A DNA stretch of 64,000 bases, taken from an uncultured Verrucomicrobiota bacterium (GTDB lineage Bacteria > Verrucomicrobiota > Kiritimatiellia > CAIKKV01 > CAITUY01). Under the pieces are notes generated by a model. It did not search any database and was not told the origin of the DNA. It saw only the letters and a list, made by a program, of their open reading frames with translations. Location of the stretch: NCBI GenBank assembly GCA_964508705.1, contig CAZDUS010000002.1:67552-131551 (forward strand), written 5' to 3'. Below are positions 47,031 through 57,024 of this stretch, in pieces (position 1 is the stretch's first letter; every line of letters begins with the position of its first letter). The translations under genes were made by a program, and so were the position numbers.

Positions 47031-47929
47031 TGCGCCCACTTGCGCCACGGGCACTGTTTATCCTGGTGGATGGGCTTGGTCTAGGGCCCCATGATCCTGG
47101 TTGCAATCCCTTGTACAGCGGTGTTTGTCCTGTCTTGCTAGATCTGTTGGAACGTCAAGCGGTTCCCATCGATGCGGGAATGGGGGTTCCAGGAATTCCC
47201 CAGAGTGCGACCGGCCAGACCGCGCTTTTCACCGGGGTGAATGCGGCGCAGGTAATGGGGCGTCATGTGGAGGGGTTCCCGGGGCCTGCACTACGCGATG
47301 TTATACGGGAACATAACTTCTACGACAAACTTACCGGTCTGGGCTTCCGGTCCACTTTTGCCAATGCTTACTATGTGGACGACATGGCGGAGGTACATTC
47401 ACGGCGACGGCAATCGGTGACCACTGTGGCGGCGTTGAAGGCATTCGGGGTGGTGCGGAACCGTGAGGATATGCTGAAGGGGAAGGCTGTGTATCAGGAT
47501 TTGACGAGGGGATGCCTGCGTGAGCGAGGATATCAGGGGGAGTTGGTGACGCCTACCGACTCAGCGCGGGATTTGCTGGGGATAGCGGCTGAGCATGACT
47601 TTACTGTGTTCGAGTATTTCCAGACTGACCGGATGGCGCATAAGGGATCGCGGGATGAAATCCTGGCGACACTTAAGTTGTTTAATGAGTTTCTGGCGGG
47701 GATCATTCGGTTTCCCTTGACGGAGGGCAACTTGCTTCTATTGACCAGTGATCATGGGAACATAGAAGATTCGGGTTCCTCGCAACATTCGAACAACCCG
47801 GTGCCATTGGTGGCTATCGGGAATGGGGCTGATTTTTTTAAGAGGGAGGCGAAATCCATTTTAGATGTGGCGCCTCTACTGTTGAAACTTTACGAGAGGG
47901 CGCGTGGAGGGTCTGATGGACCGGTTTGA
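47030..47929 (+). CDS. Alkaline-phosphatase-superfamily metalloenzyme (cofactor-independent phosphoglycerate mutase/phosphopentomutase-like)
   Basis: LFILVDGLGLG, SATGQTALFTG and TSDHGN motifs. The GTG start overlaps the previous stop. Confidence 0.5.
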   Translation: MRPLAPRALFILVDGLGLGPHDPGCNPLYSGVCPVLLDLLERQAVPIDAGMGVPGIPQSATGQTALFTGVNAAQVMGRHVEGFPGPALRDVIREHNFYDKLTGLGFRSTFANAYYVDDMAEVHSRRRQSVTTVAALKAFGVVRNREDMLKGKAVYQDLTRGCLRERGYQGELVTPTDSARDLLGIAAEHDFTVFEYFQTDRMAHKGSRDEILATLKLFNEFLAGIIRFPLTEGNLLLLTSDHGNIEDSGSSQHSNNPVPLVAIGNGADFFKREAKSILDVAPLLLKLYERARGGSDGPV

Positions 47930-50465
47930 TTTGCCGATATTTGAAATTGAGAAGCCGTTAATCGCGGCGGCGTCCGGAGGCGGGCGACGGATTGTGCTTC
48001 AGGCACCGACGGGGTCGGGTAAGTCAACCCAGATTCCGCAGATGTTGATGGATCACGGATTGCTTCCAGAGGGACGGCAGGTGATTGTCCTGCAGCCCCG
48101 GAGACTGGCGGCGCGGCTTCTGGCGTGTCGCGTGGCGTCTGAACGTAAAGGGACGGTTGGCGGCGAGGTGGGGTATCAGGTCCGCTTTGAGGATCGTTCC
48201 AGCCGGGCAACGCGGATTCTTTATGTAACCGAAGGCATTTTGCTTCGGAAATTGCTGGGTGATCCGATGTTGTCCACGGTCTCGGTGCTGGTGTTTGATG
48301 AATTTCATGAGAGGCACCTGTTTGGGGACGTGACCCTTGCCCGAGCCATGGAGTTGCAGAAGACAGCGCGTCCTGACCTGACCATCGTGGTCATGTCGGC
48401 TACATTGGATGGCGCTTCCCTAGAACGCTATTTGGAGCCTTGCACGGTGTTGAAAGCCAGCGGGCGGATGTTCCCGGTGGGAGTGGAGTATTTGCAGAAG
48501 TCGGTGGATTTCAGCCGGACACCTGTATGGGAGGTGGCGGCGGCGGAAACGGCACGGCTTTTGTCACGGGAAGCCGAGGGAGATGTCCTGGTGTTCATGC
48601 CCGGGGCGTATGAGATCCAGAAGACGCTTCAGGCATTGGGGCGATATCCAGAAACACGGGGGATGGCCTTGAAGCCATTGCATGGGGAGCTTGCGCCATC
48701 CGATCAGGATGCGGCGGTGGCGCCATCGGAGCGACGGAAGATCATTGTCTCGACGAATGTGGCGGAAACCTCGTTGACGATTGAGGGGATCCGGATGGTT
48801 GTTGATGGTGGTCTGGCGAGGATGGCGCGATTTGATCCTTATCGTGGGATTGACACGCTATGGATTGAAAAGATCAGCCAGGCTTCCGCTGATCAGCGAG
48901 CGGGACGGGCGGGACGAACGGCACCTGGTATTTGCATGCGGTTGTGGACAGAGCGGGAACACATGGAGCGGTTGAGCCGGGAGGCCCCGGAGATCAAGCG
49001 GGTCGATTTGGCTGAAACCGTGTTGATGTTGAAGGCCGGCGGGGTGGGAGATGTCAGGGCGTTTTTGTGGTTTGAGCCACCGGATGAACGTTTGTTGCGG
49101 CGGGCCGAGGTGCTGCTTGAGGATTTGGGTGCCGTGGATGAGGAGGGGCGGATTACAGACATCGGGCGACGGATGCTGGCGTTTCCGTTGCATCCCCGTT
49201 ATGCGCGGATGTTGCTGGCGGCGGAATCGCTGGGGTGTGTGCGTAGCGCCGCGTTGATTGCGGCTTTGACCCAGGAGCGCGGGGTTTTGGTCCGGCGGGC
49301 CGATGAGCGGGCCCTGGAGTTGCGTGACCGGCGGCTTGGGGATGAGGAGGTATCTGATTTCTTTTTACTGATGCGTGCATGGGCGGAGGGGCAGGCACAT
49401 GACTATGAGCTCGATTATTGCCGTCAGCTTGGAATTCATGCGGGAGCGGCGAGGCAAGCGGGTCGCCTATTTGAGATGTTTTGCAGGATTGCCAAATCCG
49501 AGGGGTTACCGTTGGAACAGGACATGGTGACGGATGACCGGGTGCGGCGTTGCATACTGGCGGGGTTTGCCGATCAGGTGGCAAAGCGTATGGATGGGGG
49601 GACATTGCGGTGTGAGTTGGTGCATGGGCGGCGGGGTGTGATTGAGCGGTCCAGTGTCGTTCGGAAAAGTCAGCTAGTGGTGGCGACAGAGGTGCGTGAG
49701 ATTGAAAGCGGCGGCGGGCGTGACATGGAGGTGTTGCTTGCCTCCGTGACGGCGATTGAACCGGATTGGTTGAAGGAGCTGTTCCCGGGCGCGGTCAGGG
49801 AAGAGGTGAACGTGATTTTGGATGCAACAACCCGCCGGGTCATAGCGAAGACGGGTCAGTACTATCACGATTTATGTCTGGAGACGCGAATGGGTGGGGC
49901 CCCGTCCAAGGACGAGGCGGCGCGACTGCTGGCGAATGAAGTGGAAGCCGGGCGATGCACACTTAAGCATTGGAACGAAGATGTTGAGCAATGGATTATA
50001 CGGGTGAATTGTCTGGCGATGTGGTGTCCAGAGTGCGGGGTGGCGGCCATAACGGCGGAGGATCGCCGACTGATGATTGAGGAGATTTGCTCCGGAGCGT
50101 TCGGCATCAAGGAGGTCAAGGAGCGGGAGGTGTGGCCGGTGGTCAAGGGGTGGCTGGATGGGCGTGCGCAGTCGATGGTTGAGAAACATGTGCCGGAACG
50201 AGTGGTGTTGCCCAACGGACGGAAGGTCAAGGTTGCCTATTCCGAAAAGAGTGCGCCGGTGATGGCGGCGCGGATTCAGGATTTATATGGAGTGGAGAGT
50301 AGTATGAGGGTGGCGATGGGACGCCAGACGGTGGTCATCCAGGTGTTGGCTCCGAATTACCGTCCGGTCCAGGTGACGTCTGATCTGACGACGTTCTGGA
50401 AGGAAGGGTATCCAAAGGCGAAGAAGGAGTTGCAGAGGCGTTACCCCAAGCACGAGTGGAAGTAG
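47916..50465 (+). CDS. hrpB: ATP-dependent RNA helicase HrpB (DEAH-box)
   Basis: APTGSGKST, DEFHER, SATL, TNVAETSLTI and QRAGRAGR motifs plus the HrpB C-terminal domain. ATG at 47916 has a GGAGG Shine-Dalgarno. Confidence 0.9.
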   Translation: MDRFDLPIFEIEKPLIAAASGGGRRIVLQAPTGSGKSTQIPQMLMDHGLLPEGRQVIVLQPRRLAARLLACRVASERKGTVGGEVGYQVRFEDRSSRATRILYVTEGILLRKLLGDPMLSTVSVLVFDEFHERHLFGDVTLARAMELQKTARPDLTIVVMSATLDGASLERYLEPCTVLKASGRMFPVGVEYLQKSVDFSRTPVWEVAAAETARLLSREAEGDVLVFMPGAYEIQKTLQALGRYPETRGMALKPLHGELAPSDQDAAVAPSERRKIIVSTNVAETSLTIEGIRMVVDGGLARMARFDPYRGIDTLWIEKISQASADQRAGRAGRTAPGICMRLWTEREHMERLSREAPEIKRVDLAETVLMLKAGGVGDVRAFLWFEPPDERLLRRAEVLLEDLGAVDEEGRITDIGRRMLAFPLHPRYARMLLAAESLGCVRSAALIAALTQERGVLVRRADERALELRDRRLGDEEVSDFFLLMRAWAEGQAHDYELDYCRQLGIHAGAARQAGRLFEMFCRIAKSEGLPLEQDMVTDDRVRRCILAGFADQVAKRMDGGTLRCELVHGRRGVIERSSVVRKSQLVVATEVREIESGGGRDMEVLLASVTAIEPDWLKELFPGAVREEVNVILDATTRRVIAKTGQYYHDLCLETRMGGAPSKDEAARLLANEVEAGRCTLKHWNEDVEQWIIRVNCLAMWCPECGVAAITAEDRRLMIEEICSGAFGIKEVKEREVWPVVKGWLDGRAQSMVEKHVPERVVLPNGRKVKVAYSEKSAPVMAARIQDLYGVESSMRVAMGRQTVVIQVLAPNYRPVQVTSDLTTFWKEGYPKAKKELQRRYPKHEWK

Positions 50466-50509
50466 AGGGGGGGAAGGCAAGTATTCAGGATTCAGAATTC
50501 AGAATGGGG
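50466..50509. repeat. G/A-rich tract plus tandem heptamers TATTCAG GATTCAG AATTCAG AATGGGG
   Basis: Read directly after the hrpB stop. Heptamers lie at 50482-50502. Confidence 0.8.
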
Positions 50510-50563
50510 ATTTGCATGGGGGAGAGAGATGCTTTGGCAGGCTCAGCATGACAAATGGAGCGG

Positions 50564-50591
50564 GGATGGCCACGATGAAGCGTGGCCATCC
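50564..50591. terminator. Perfect 11-bp hairpin between convergent hrpB and lctP
   Basis: GGATGGCCACG-ATGAAG-CGTGGCCATCC. There is no adjacent U-run on either strand. Confidence 0.4.
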
Positions 50592-50603
50592 AGTCCGGAA
50601 GAC

Positions 50604-52427
50604 TCAGTGGAAATGCATTTCGTCTTCTACGGCCTTAAGCGATTCCAGATTCTTGCCCAGGAGTCTCGCCATAATAGTGACCAGGGTGATGACGGCAATG
50701 CCTATGCCGAGATACAGAAGGCCATCATGGTTGAAGGTGGCGACAGCGGTGTTGGCTGATGCCGAAGTTGGCGACGGGGTCGCGGTGGAAAGCTTCTGAT
50801 ATGTGGGAACCATGCCGGGCACAACGTACGCCCAGAGAAGATGCATGCAGCCAACTACGATGGCCAGAATGAGCGAATGCTTGAAGGTGAACCTGAAAAT
50901 GTCAGATTCATGTCCCACAAGGCCTGTGGATCCTGTGGCTACAGCGATGGATTGGGGCGAAATCATTTTTCCGCAGACCCCGCCGCAGGTATTGGCTGAC
51001 ATCGTGATGACCGGATCAACGCTGATCTTGGTGGCCGTGACTTCCTGAAGTTTTCCGAAGAGCGCGTTGGTGGAGGTGTCCGAGCCTGTCATGAACACGC
51101 CGAGCCATCCGATGATGGCGGCGAAGAACGGGAATACCGCGCCTGAGGTCGCGAAGGCGCTACCGAGGGTGATGGCCATTCCTGAGAAGTTCATGATGTA
51201 GGCGAACCCGAGGATGGTGGCGATGGTAATGATGGGCCACTTAAGCGTCTTGATGGTTTTGACTGCCACGCCGAAGGCGGTGGCAAGAGAGGCGCCCATG
51301 ATCGGAATTGAGAAGAACCAGGCAAAGAGGATGGCGGTTCCGGCGGCGCTCAGGACATTGAAGACATAGACTGCAGGCTTTGCCATGCCGAGGTTGTCGA
51401 CGACCATGTTGTCGAGACCGGGAATGTGGATCTTGAAGTTGAAGAGCATACCCATTAGTAGATCTAGGGCCTCCTTGCATGGTTTGATTCCCCATATGGT
51501 AACGAAAAACGACAGGATGATGAACGGAGCCCAGGCCCTGAATATCTGGCCGCCGGTGAACGTGAGCTTTTCCCGTCCGAGGCTTGGTTTTTCGTTAGGG
51601 AAGTGCCAGCTTGTCTTCGGATGCCATAATTTGAGAAAGACGACGGTGCAGATGATGGACGCGAGGGAGGCGATGATGTTGGGGAGCATTGGGCCGATGA
51701 AGTTGGACGATAGGTATTGAGCGATGGCAAAGGAAAGGCCGGAGACGAGGCAGGCGGGCCAAACTTCGAGTCCTCTTCGGAAGCCAGCGATGAGGATGAC
51801 GAGATAAAGAGGGATGAGGACGCTTAGGAATAGGAGGGTCCGTCCCACCATCTGGCTTAAGGCCATCTCAGGGAGTCCGGCGACTTGAGCGCCGACGACG
51901 ATGGGGATGCCGATGGCGCCGAAGGCCACCGGGGCGGTATTGGCCAGTAAGCAGACGCCGGCGGCATAGAGGGGATTAAAGCCAAGTCCGACAAGCATGG
52001 CGGTGGTGATGGCAACGGGAGTGCCGAATCCCGCGGCGCCTTCGATAAAGGCGCCGAATGAAAAGGCGATCAGGAGGGCCTGCATGCGGCGATCGTCGGA
52101 GATGGAGGCGAGCGAGTTCTTGATGACCTCGAACTGGCCAGTTTTGACGGATAGGTTGTAGATGAAGAGGGCTGTGACGACGATCCAGCAGACGGGTAGC
52201 AAGCCGAACAGTGCGCCGTAGGCTGTGGAAAGGAATGCGTATTTTGCGGGCATTCCGTAGACCGTGATGGCTATGGTTATTGCAATGGCCGTGCCACTGA
52301 TGGCGGCCCAGTGTCCTTTCATCCGTTTCACGGCGAGCGCCCAGAAGAGGTAGAAGATCGGGATGGCGGCAATGAGGGCGGACAGGACGATGTGGCCTGT
52401 CGGATCGATGTTCATTTTCCACGGCAT
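50604..52427 (-). CDS. lctP: L-lactate permease family transporter
   Basis: 607 aa, polytopic, with a typical LctP N-terminus (LSALIAAIPIFYLFWALAVKRMKGHWAA). Confidence 0.85.
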   Translation of the reverse strand: MPWKMNIDPTGHIVLSALIAAIPIFYLFWALAVKRMKGHWAAISGTAIAITIAITVYGMPAKYAFLSTAYGALFGLLPVCWIVVTALFIYNLSVKTGQFEVIKNSLASISDDRRMQALLIAFSFGAFIEGAAGFGTPVAITTAMLVGLGFNPLYAAGVCLLANTAPVAFGAIGIPIVVGAQVAGLPEMALSQMVGRTLLFLSVLIPLYLVILIAGFRRGLEVWPACLVSGLSFAIAQYLSSNFIGPMLPNIIASLASIICTVVFLKLWHPKTSWHFPNEKPSLGREKLTFTGGQIFRAWAPFIILSFFVTIWGIKPCKEALDLLMGMLFNFKIHIPGLDNMVVDNLGMAKPAVYVFNVLSAAGTAILFAWFFSIPIMGASLATAFGVAVKTIKTLKWPIITIATILGFAYIMNFSGMAITLGSAFATSGAVFPFFAAIIGWLGVFMTGSDTSTNALFGKLQEVTATKISVDPVITMSANTCGGVCGKMISPQSIAVATGSTGLVGHESDIFRFTFKHSLILAIVVGCMHLLWAYVVPGMVPTYQKLSTATPSPTSASANTAVATFNHDGLLYLGIGIAVITLVTIMARLLGKNLESLKAVEDEMHFH

Positions 52428-52558
52428 ACTGAAACTGCTTTCTCGCTTAATATATTTGAAAAGCGGCGACTATACACAGTTGATGGCCGTGGGCAAGCAA
52501 TGGTGATAGGGGCTATGAGAGGCGTCTATTCAGAGCACGGGGGTACGCCGGAGGTCTA

Positions 52559-53335
52559 TCACTCTCCTTTGAATTCCGGCTTGCGTTTATCGATGAACGC
52601 ATTGACGCCTTCCTGATAGTCATGGCTGTGATAGACCTTCCGGCGCAGGGCTTGAATTCGTTCGAAGGAATCAGGTGAAATAGGATGGGCGGCTGCCAAC
52701 ATATGGAATTGCTCCTTGATGACCGCGACGGCCAGAGGCGAGTTTTGGGCAATCACTGCAGCTAATCGGAAGGTAAAGGCTTCGACGTCGGCGGTGGGCA
52801 CGAGGTGATTTAGGATGCCAACATGATGGGCGCGGTCGGCGCCAAAAGGTGCGGCTGTGAAGAACATTTCCTTGGCGATATTCAAGCCGACGCGGTTGAT
52901 GAAGTGAGTGATGCCGGAAGCGTTGTAAGGCAGACCGATCTTGACGGGGGTGATGGCGAACGTGGCGGTTTCGTCGCCGATGGCCATATCACAGGTGATG
53001 ACCATGTCGGTTGCGCCGCCCCACACACCACCTTGAATCATGGCGATGATGGCGCCGGGATATTCCTGTATGGCCCGGAGGGTGCGCTCCAGTGGGCTGT
53101 CATAGGGCAGGGGGTCGTGCATTTTGGGTAGTTGGCGGATGTCGTGGCCAGCGGACCATACTTTGGCATCCTTCTGCGCCCTGAGAACAACCACGGGTAC
53201 TTTTTTTTCCTCGAAGTTCGTCAATGCGGAGCAAAGCTCGTTACAAAGTTCGAAACTCAGTGCATTTCTTTTTTCGGGATTGTTAAGCGTCAGAACGCCG
53301 ATGTTGTCTTTGATTTCGGACAGAATTAGTTCCAT
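52559..53335 (-). CDS. Enoyl-CoA hydratase/isomerase (crotonase) family, methylmalonyl-CoA decarboxylase-like
   Basis: IGVLTLNNPEKRNALS, GGVWGGA and the crotonase fold length (258 aa). Confidence 0.75.
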   Translation of the reverse strand: MELILSEIKDNIGVLTLNNPEKRNALSFELCNELCSALTNFEEKKVPVVVLRAQKDAKVWSAGHDIRQLPKMHDPLPYDSPLERTLRAIQEYPGAIIAMIQGGVWGGATDMVITCDMAIGDETATFAITPVKIGLPYNASGITHFINRVGLNIAKEMFFTAAPFGADRAHHVGILNHLVPTADVEAFTFRLAAVIAQNSPLAVAVIKEQFHMLAAAHPISPDSFERIQALRRKVYHSHDYQEGVNAFIDKRKPEFKGE

Positions 53336-53471
53336 GTTCGTTGCCCTCCCGTTGCTCTACTTTCTCTGCTGACGTCAGAATGATAGCAATGACACTGGAA
53401 TGCTTCAAGTTTGCAAACCAAATTGGACGCGGTTTGGGTGTGTCTGTGAGTATTGGCGCAGTATAGATTTT

Positions 53472-53556
53472 GTGGGGGCGCTGCGTGCCCGCCTGCGCTA
53501 TGCGTAGCATGGCGGCAGGTCGGTGCCTGCGGGCGTTGGCAAGCGACGCCCCTTGT
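53472..53556. repeat. GC-rich imperfect palindromic element ending in GTTGGCAAGCGACGCCCCTT
   Basis: GTGGGGGCGCTGCGTGCCCGCC ... GCGGGCGTTGGCAAGCGACGCCCCTTGTG. It shares its core with the 45426-45477 element. Confidence 0.6.
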
Positions 53557-53622
53557 GTGGAAAATTTCAAAGATGCCAAAACTCGGAGACGTGCCCGCGG
53601 GGCTCTGTAGTTATTAGCGGGG

Positions 53623-53889
53623 TTAGGATGCGGGATCAGGCATAGTGGATAATTCCAGAGCGGCGAGATAGTGATAGGCATGGGGGGAGGAGTTGCCGCA
53701 CATGTCCTCGGATGGCTTCAGGCTGACACAGACGTCGGGGCGGCTGGAATGACCGAATAGCATGCAAAGGCCATCTCCTGTCAGTTGAATACACCGCTGG
53801 CCGGCGGGTTTTCCGTCAGGTAAGCCCGGGATGGGGGATGAGATGGAAATCTCGACGCAGCAGGCCGCGCATCCAGGGCGGCAGTTCAC
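53623..53889 (-). CDS. YkgJ-like Cys-cluster (zinc/iron-chelating) small protein
   Basis: 88 aa with the CRPGCAACC...C...C...C pattern. Confidence 0.55.
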   Translation of the reverse strand: MNCRPGCAACCVEISISSPIPGLPDGKPAGQRCIQLTGDGLCMLFGHSSRPDVCVSLKPSEDMCGNSSPHAYHYLAALELSTMPDPAS

Positions 53890-55112
53890 GATTTCACCGA
53901 CCTGACGATCTGATAGTTGCGGCGGTGCAACAGTTCGGCGTTGCCGAACAGTTCCTTCATATAGGCCAAGGCATGGGAAGCGGTTTTGGCAACGATATAG
54001 GCGCGGCCTTTTGGCAATAGAGTTTCATAGGCGGTGCGAATGAAGAAATCCGTGATGCGGTCATGGGAGTAGTAGGGCGGATTTCCGACGAAGAGTGTGA
54101 ACCGGCGAGGTGGCGGGACTCCCTGGTCGCTGAGGATGACAGAGAAGTTGGCGATGTTGTTGGCGATGCAGTTTTGCTCGGTGATGGCGGTGGAGCGGGA
54201 ATAGGAGTCCACAAAGCACACGCTGACTGTCGGTTGGTTTTTGGCCAGCGAGATGCCGATACTGCCGCATCCGCACCCCATGTCGAGAATGCTGTCGTTG
54301 GGTTCGGTCTCCACCATTTCCGCCAATGCCTGAGCGCCGGGGTCAACGCGGCGGTGAGCGAATACACCCGGGACGGTGAGGAGTGTGACGGGCAAGCCAT
54401 GCGGCAGGGTCATGGTGAATTCAGACTGATAGACCTTGAGTGACTTCAGCTCGTTTTGTTTGCGGGCCATGAGGAGTGTTGAGGCTTCCCGCGTGCCGCG
54501 GATGGAGCAGTTGCCGAAAAACTTTTTGACGTGTTCGGTGACCCAGGGGGCTTCCTCCTCAACGGTGACGAAGCAAAGTCCGCTTGTTTTCAGGGCCAGA
54601 TGGCATTGTTGAAGCAGGTCTAGGATTAATTCATTGGAGGTGGTGCCCTTGGAAATCTGGAGGCAGATGGCATCGAAATGTGATCGTTCCCTGATTGCGG
54701 GTTCACACCGGCAGGTGACACGGGATGCCCGGTTGCGGTGGAGGTTGCGCTCCACGGCGTGGTGGTGAAACAGATCGAGTGAAGAAACAATGGCTTGCAG
54801 GTGGGGATGGAGATGGGTGGCGATCATGGCGATGGCGCCGGTTCGGTTTCCAAGGACCAGGAGGTGTTCTGCGTTTGATGGGAGCAGGGGAATTGCTTCG
54901 AGGAGATGGGTTTCGGTCAGGCTCAGGCCGGAGCGTGAGATGATATTGACCTTATTGTTAAGGAATAACTCTGAAATGGATTCGTTATCCTCATGAGTAT
55001 CGGTGATTTGGAGGGAGAGTTTTGCGCTATGAGCTTTGCTGGTCATGGTTTGTGTTTCAACCATGCCCTGTTTTCTGTGCCTCGTCCATCTTTTCTGATT
55101 TAAGGAGCTCAC
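53886..55112 (-). CDS. Class I SAM-dependent methyltransferase with duplicated MTase-like domains (RsmC/RlmG-like)
   Basis: ILDMGCGCGSIGISLA (motif I) and VGNPPYY (motif IV) in the C-terminal domain, with a degenerate N-terminal copy. Confidence 0.6.
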   Translation of the reverse strand: MSSLNQKRWTRHRKQGMVETQTMTSKAHSAKLSLQITDTHEDNESISELFLNNKVNIISRSGLSLTETHLLEAIPLLPSNAEHLLVLGNRTGAIAMIATHLHPHLQAIVSSLDLFHHHAVERNLHRNRASRVTCRCEPAIRERSHFDAICLQISKGTTSNELILDLLQQCHLALKTSGLCFVTVEEEAPWVTEHVKKFFGNCSIRGTREASTLLMARKQNELKSLKVYQSEFTMTLPHGLPVTLLTVPGVFAHRRVDPGAQALAEMVETEPNDSILDMGCGCGSIGISLAKNQPTVSVCFVDSYSRSTAITEQNCIANNIANFSVILSDQGVPPPRRFTLFVGNPPYYSHDRITDFFIRTAYETLLPKGRAYIVAKTASHALAYMKELFGNAELLHRRNYQIVRSVKS

Positions 55113-55234
55113 ATGCCTTAAACTGTTTTGGGAGATGGTTCCCTCGGAGAGGTCGCCCCACCTGCAGAATAGATTGGTTAAGGGCTGGCGGCGGGTGGTT
55201 TGACAAGCTTGTGTTGCTGAGATGTTTAAGGCAT
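55113..55234. repeat. 122-bp segment bounded by a perfect 11-bp inverted repeat ATGCCTTAAAC / GTTTAAGGCAT
   Basis: The arms lie at 55113-55123 and 55224-55234. The right arm is followed by TTTTGACTTTTTT. Confidence 0.6.
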
Positions 55235-55282
55235 TTTTGACTTTTTTAGGGAATTGAATGGAGACTCATGGCTAACGAATAA

Positions 55283-56972
55283 ATGTTGTTACCTGTTCCG
55301 CTTCGGTGCGAGCGTCTAGGAGGTTCTATTAAGACGGCTGGGCTTGTCGTGAGGGAAGCGATAGCGCCTGATGACGTGAGGGAGCCGGGGGATGAGGCTT
55401 ATCGTTTGGTTGTTGATGAACAAGGAGCTCGACTTGCCGCCCGGACAGGCAAGGGATTGCGATTTGGGCGAGCCACGCAATTGAGCAATTGCGCAGGCGT
55501 AACCGCATTCCCTGCATGGCTATTGATGATGCACCGCGCTTTGCCTATCGTGGAGTGATGCTCGACATCAGTCGTGACCGTGTGCCGACCATGGCCACCC
55601 TTTATGCCCTTGTTAATCAGTTGTCCGCATGGAAGATGAATCACCTTCAGCTTTATATCGAACATGCGTTGGCCTATGCCGGACACGAGGAGGTTTGGTG
55701 TTCGGACTCGCCGCTTACACTTGAGGAATTGACCGGGCTGGACAGGTATTGCGCTGACCGCGGAGTGGAGCTTAAGGCCAATCAAAACTGTCTGGGGCAT
55801 TTTGAGCGCTGGCTCCAGCATCCCAAGTATGCGCCCCTGGCCGAGATGGATTCCGGGCGTGTCAGCGAGGGTGGCTATTATTACAGGCCCAACACACTCT
55901 GTCCCGGTGATGCGCGGGTTCAACCCTTGCTGGAAGATTTGCTTGCTCAGCAGTTGGCTTGCTGTTCGGGGCCCTATGCCAATATTGGCTGTGATGAACC
56001 GTGGGATCTCGGTCGTGGCCGCAGTAAAGCTGATTGCGAGGCGAGGACCCGCGGGGTGGTGTTCTCGGAGCATGTTTCCAAAGTGGCTGCCATTGCGCGA
56101 CGGCTTGGGAAAAAGCCACAGTTCTGGTGCGATCCGCATCCCAATGAAGGCGATGGCTTGCCCAGGGATCTTATTGCTCTTGTTTGGGGGTATGAAGATA
56201 TCGACGATTTCAATGCCCGTGTGATGGCGCATCGGAAGGTGGGGCGAGAGGTATGGGTGGCGCCGGGCACCAGTTGCTGGAATTCATCCACCGGCCGGAC
56301 GTGGAATCGTCGCGGCAATCTGGACCATGCCGCCAGCGAACGTGAGGCGGTTGGGTTACTTTGTACGGCATGGGGTGATGGTGGGCATCGCCAGCAATGG
56401 CCGATCACGCTGTTCGGATTGGCTGACTCGGCAATGGCGGCATGGTCCGGAGCCGGTTGTTATGATGATCGTGCCGCCGGCCTGCAAGCCTTTGGGATTC
56501 CTGAAGTGGGGCAGTGGTTGGCGTCATTGGGCAATGTGGATGCTGAACTCTGCCGGGGTGAACGGCGAGGATGGGATGGATCTGTTCCCGGGGAGAGAGT
56601 TGTTTATAACGCCACCGCGCTCTGGCGTGAACTGCATGTACCGTTCTTTGACCGGTCAGGATTCGGAGATATTGCAGCTTGGGAGAGGTTGCCGGACGTT
56701 TTGACGTCTTGGCGGCGACGTTGCCGTCGGGTCTTCCTGACCTTCTGGCGCGTGAGTGCAGGCATAGCGTGGCCATTGCCCGATGGACCTGTGAACGCGC
56801 CATCCTGCGTCATGGCGAAGTGACGGAAACCCTGAAGAGCGGGAAGAAGGCAATGGCGGAACGGTTCACCGATCTTATTGAAGAGCATCGGAAATTATGG
56901 CTGGCACGGTCCCGTTATGGTGGGCTTGAAGATAGCATGCGGCAGTATGTGGTGTGTGGAATTCGAGGATGA
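55283..56972 (+). pseudogene. GH20-type beta-N-acetylhexosaminidase-like gene with two frameshifts
   Basis: The N-terminal domain is in frame 2 (EAYRLVVDEQGARLAARTGKGLRFGRAT). The catalytic domain is in frame 1 (AIEQL...IDDAPRFAYRGVMLDISRD...HLQLYIEH). The C-terminal tail is in frame 0 (LPDLLARE...HRKLWLARSRYGGLEDS). The shifts are near 55477 and 56705-56712. Confidence 0.7.
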
Positions 56973-57024
56973 CCGATTGTTTTCAGCATGGCAATTTTCG
57001 TTTTTTTAGAAGGATTAAATCACT

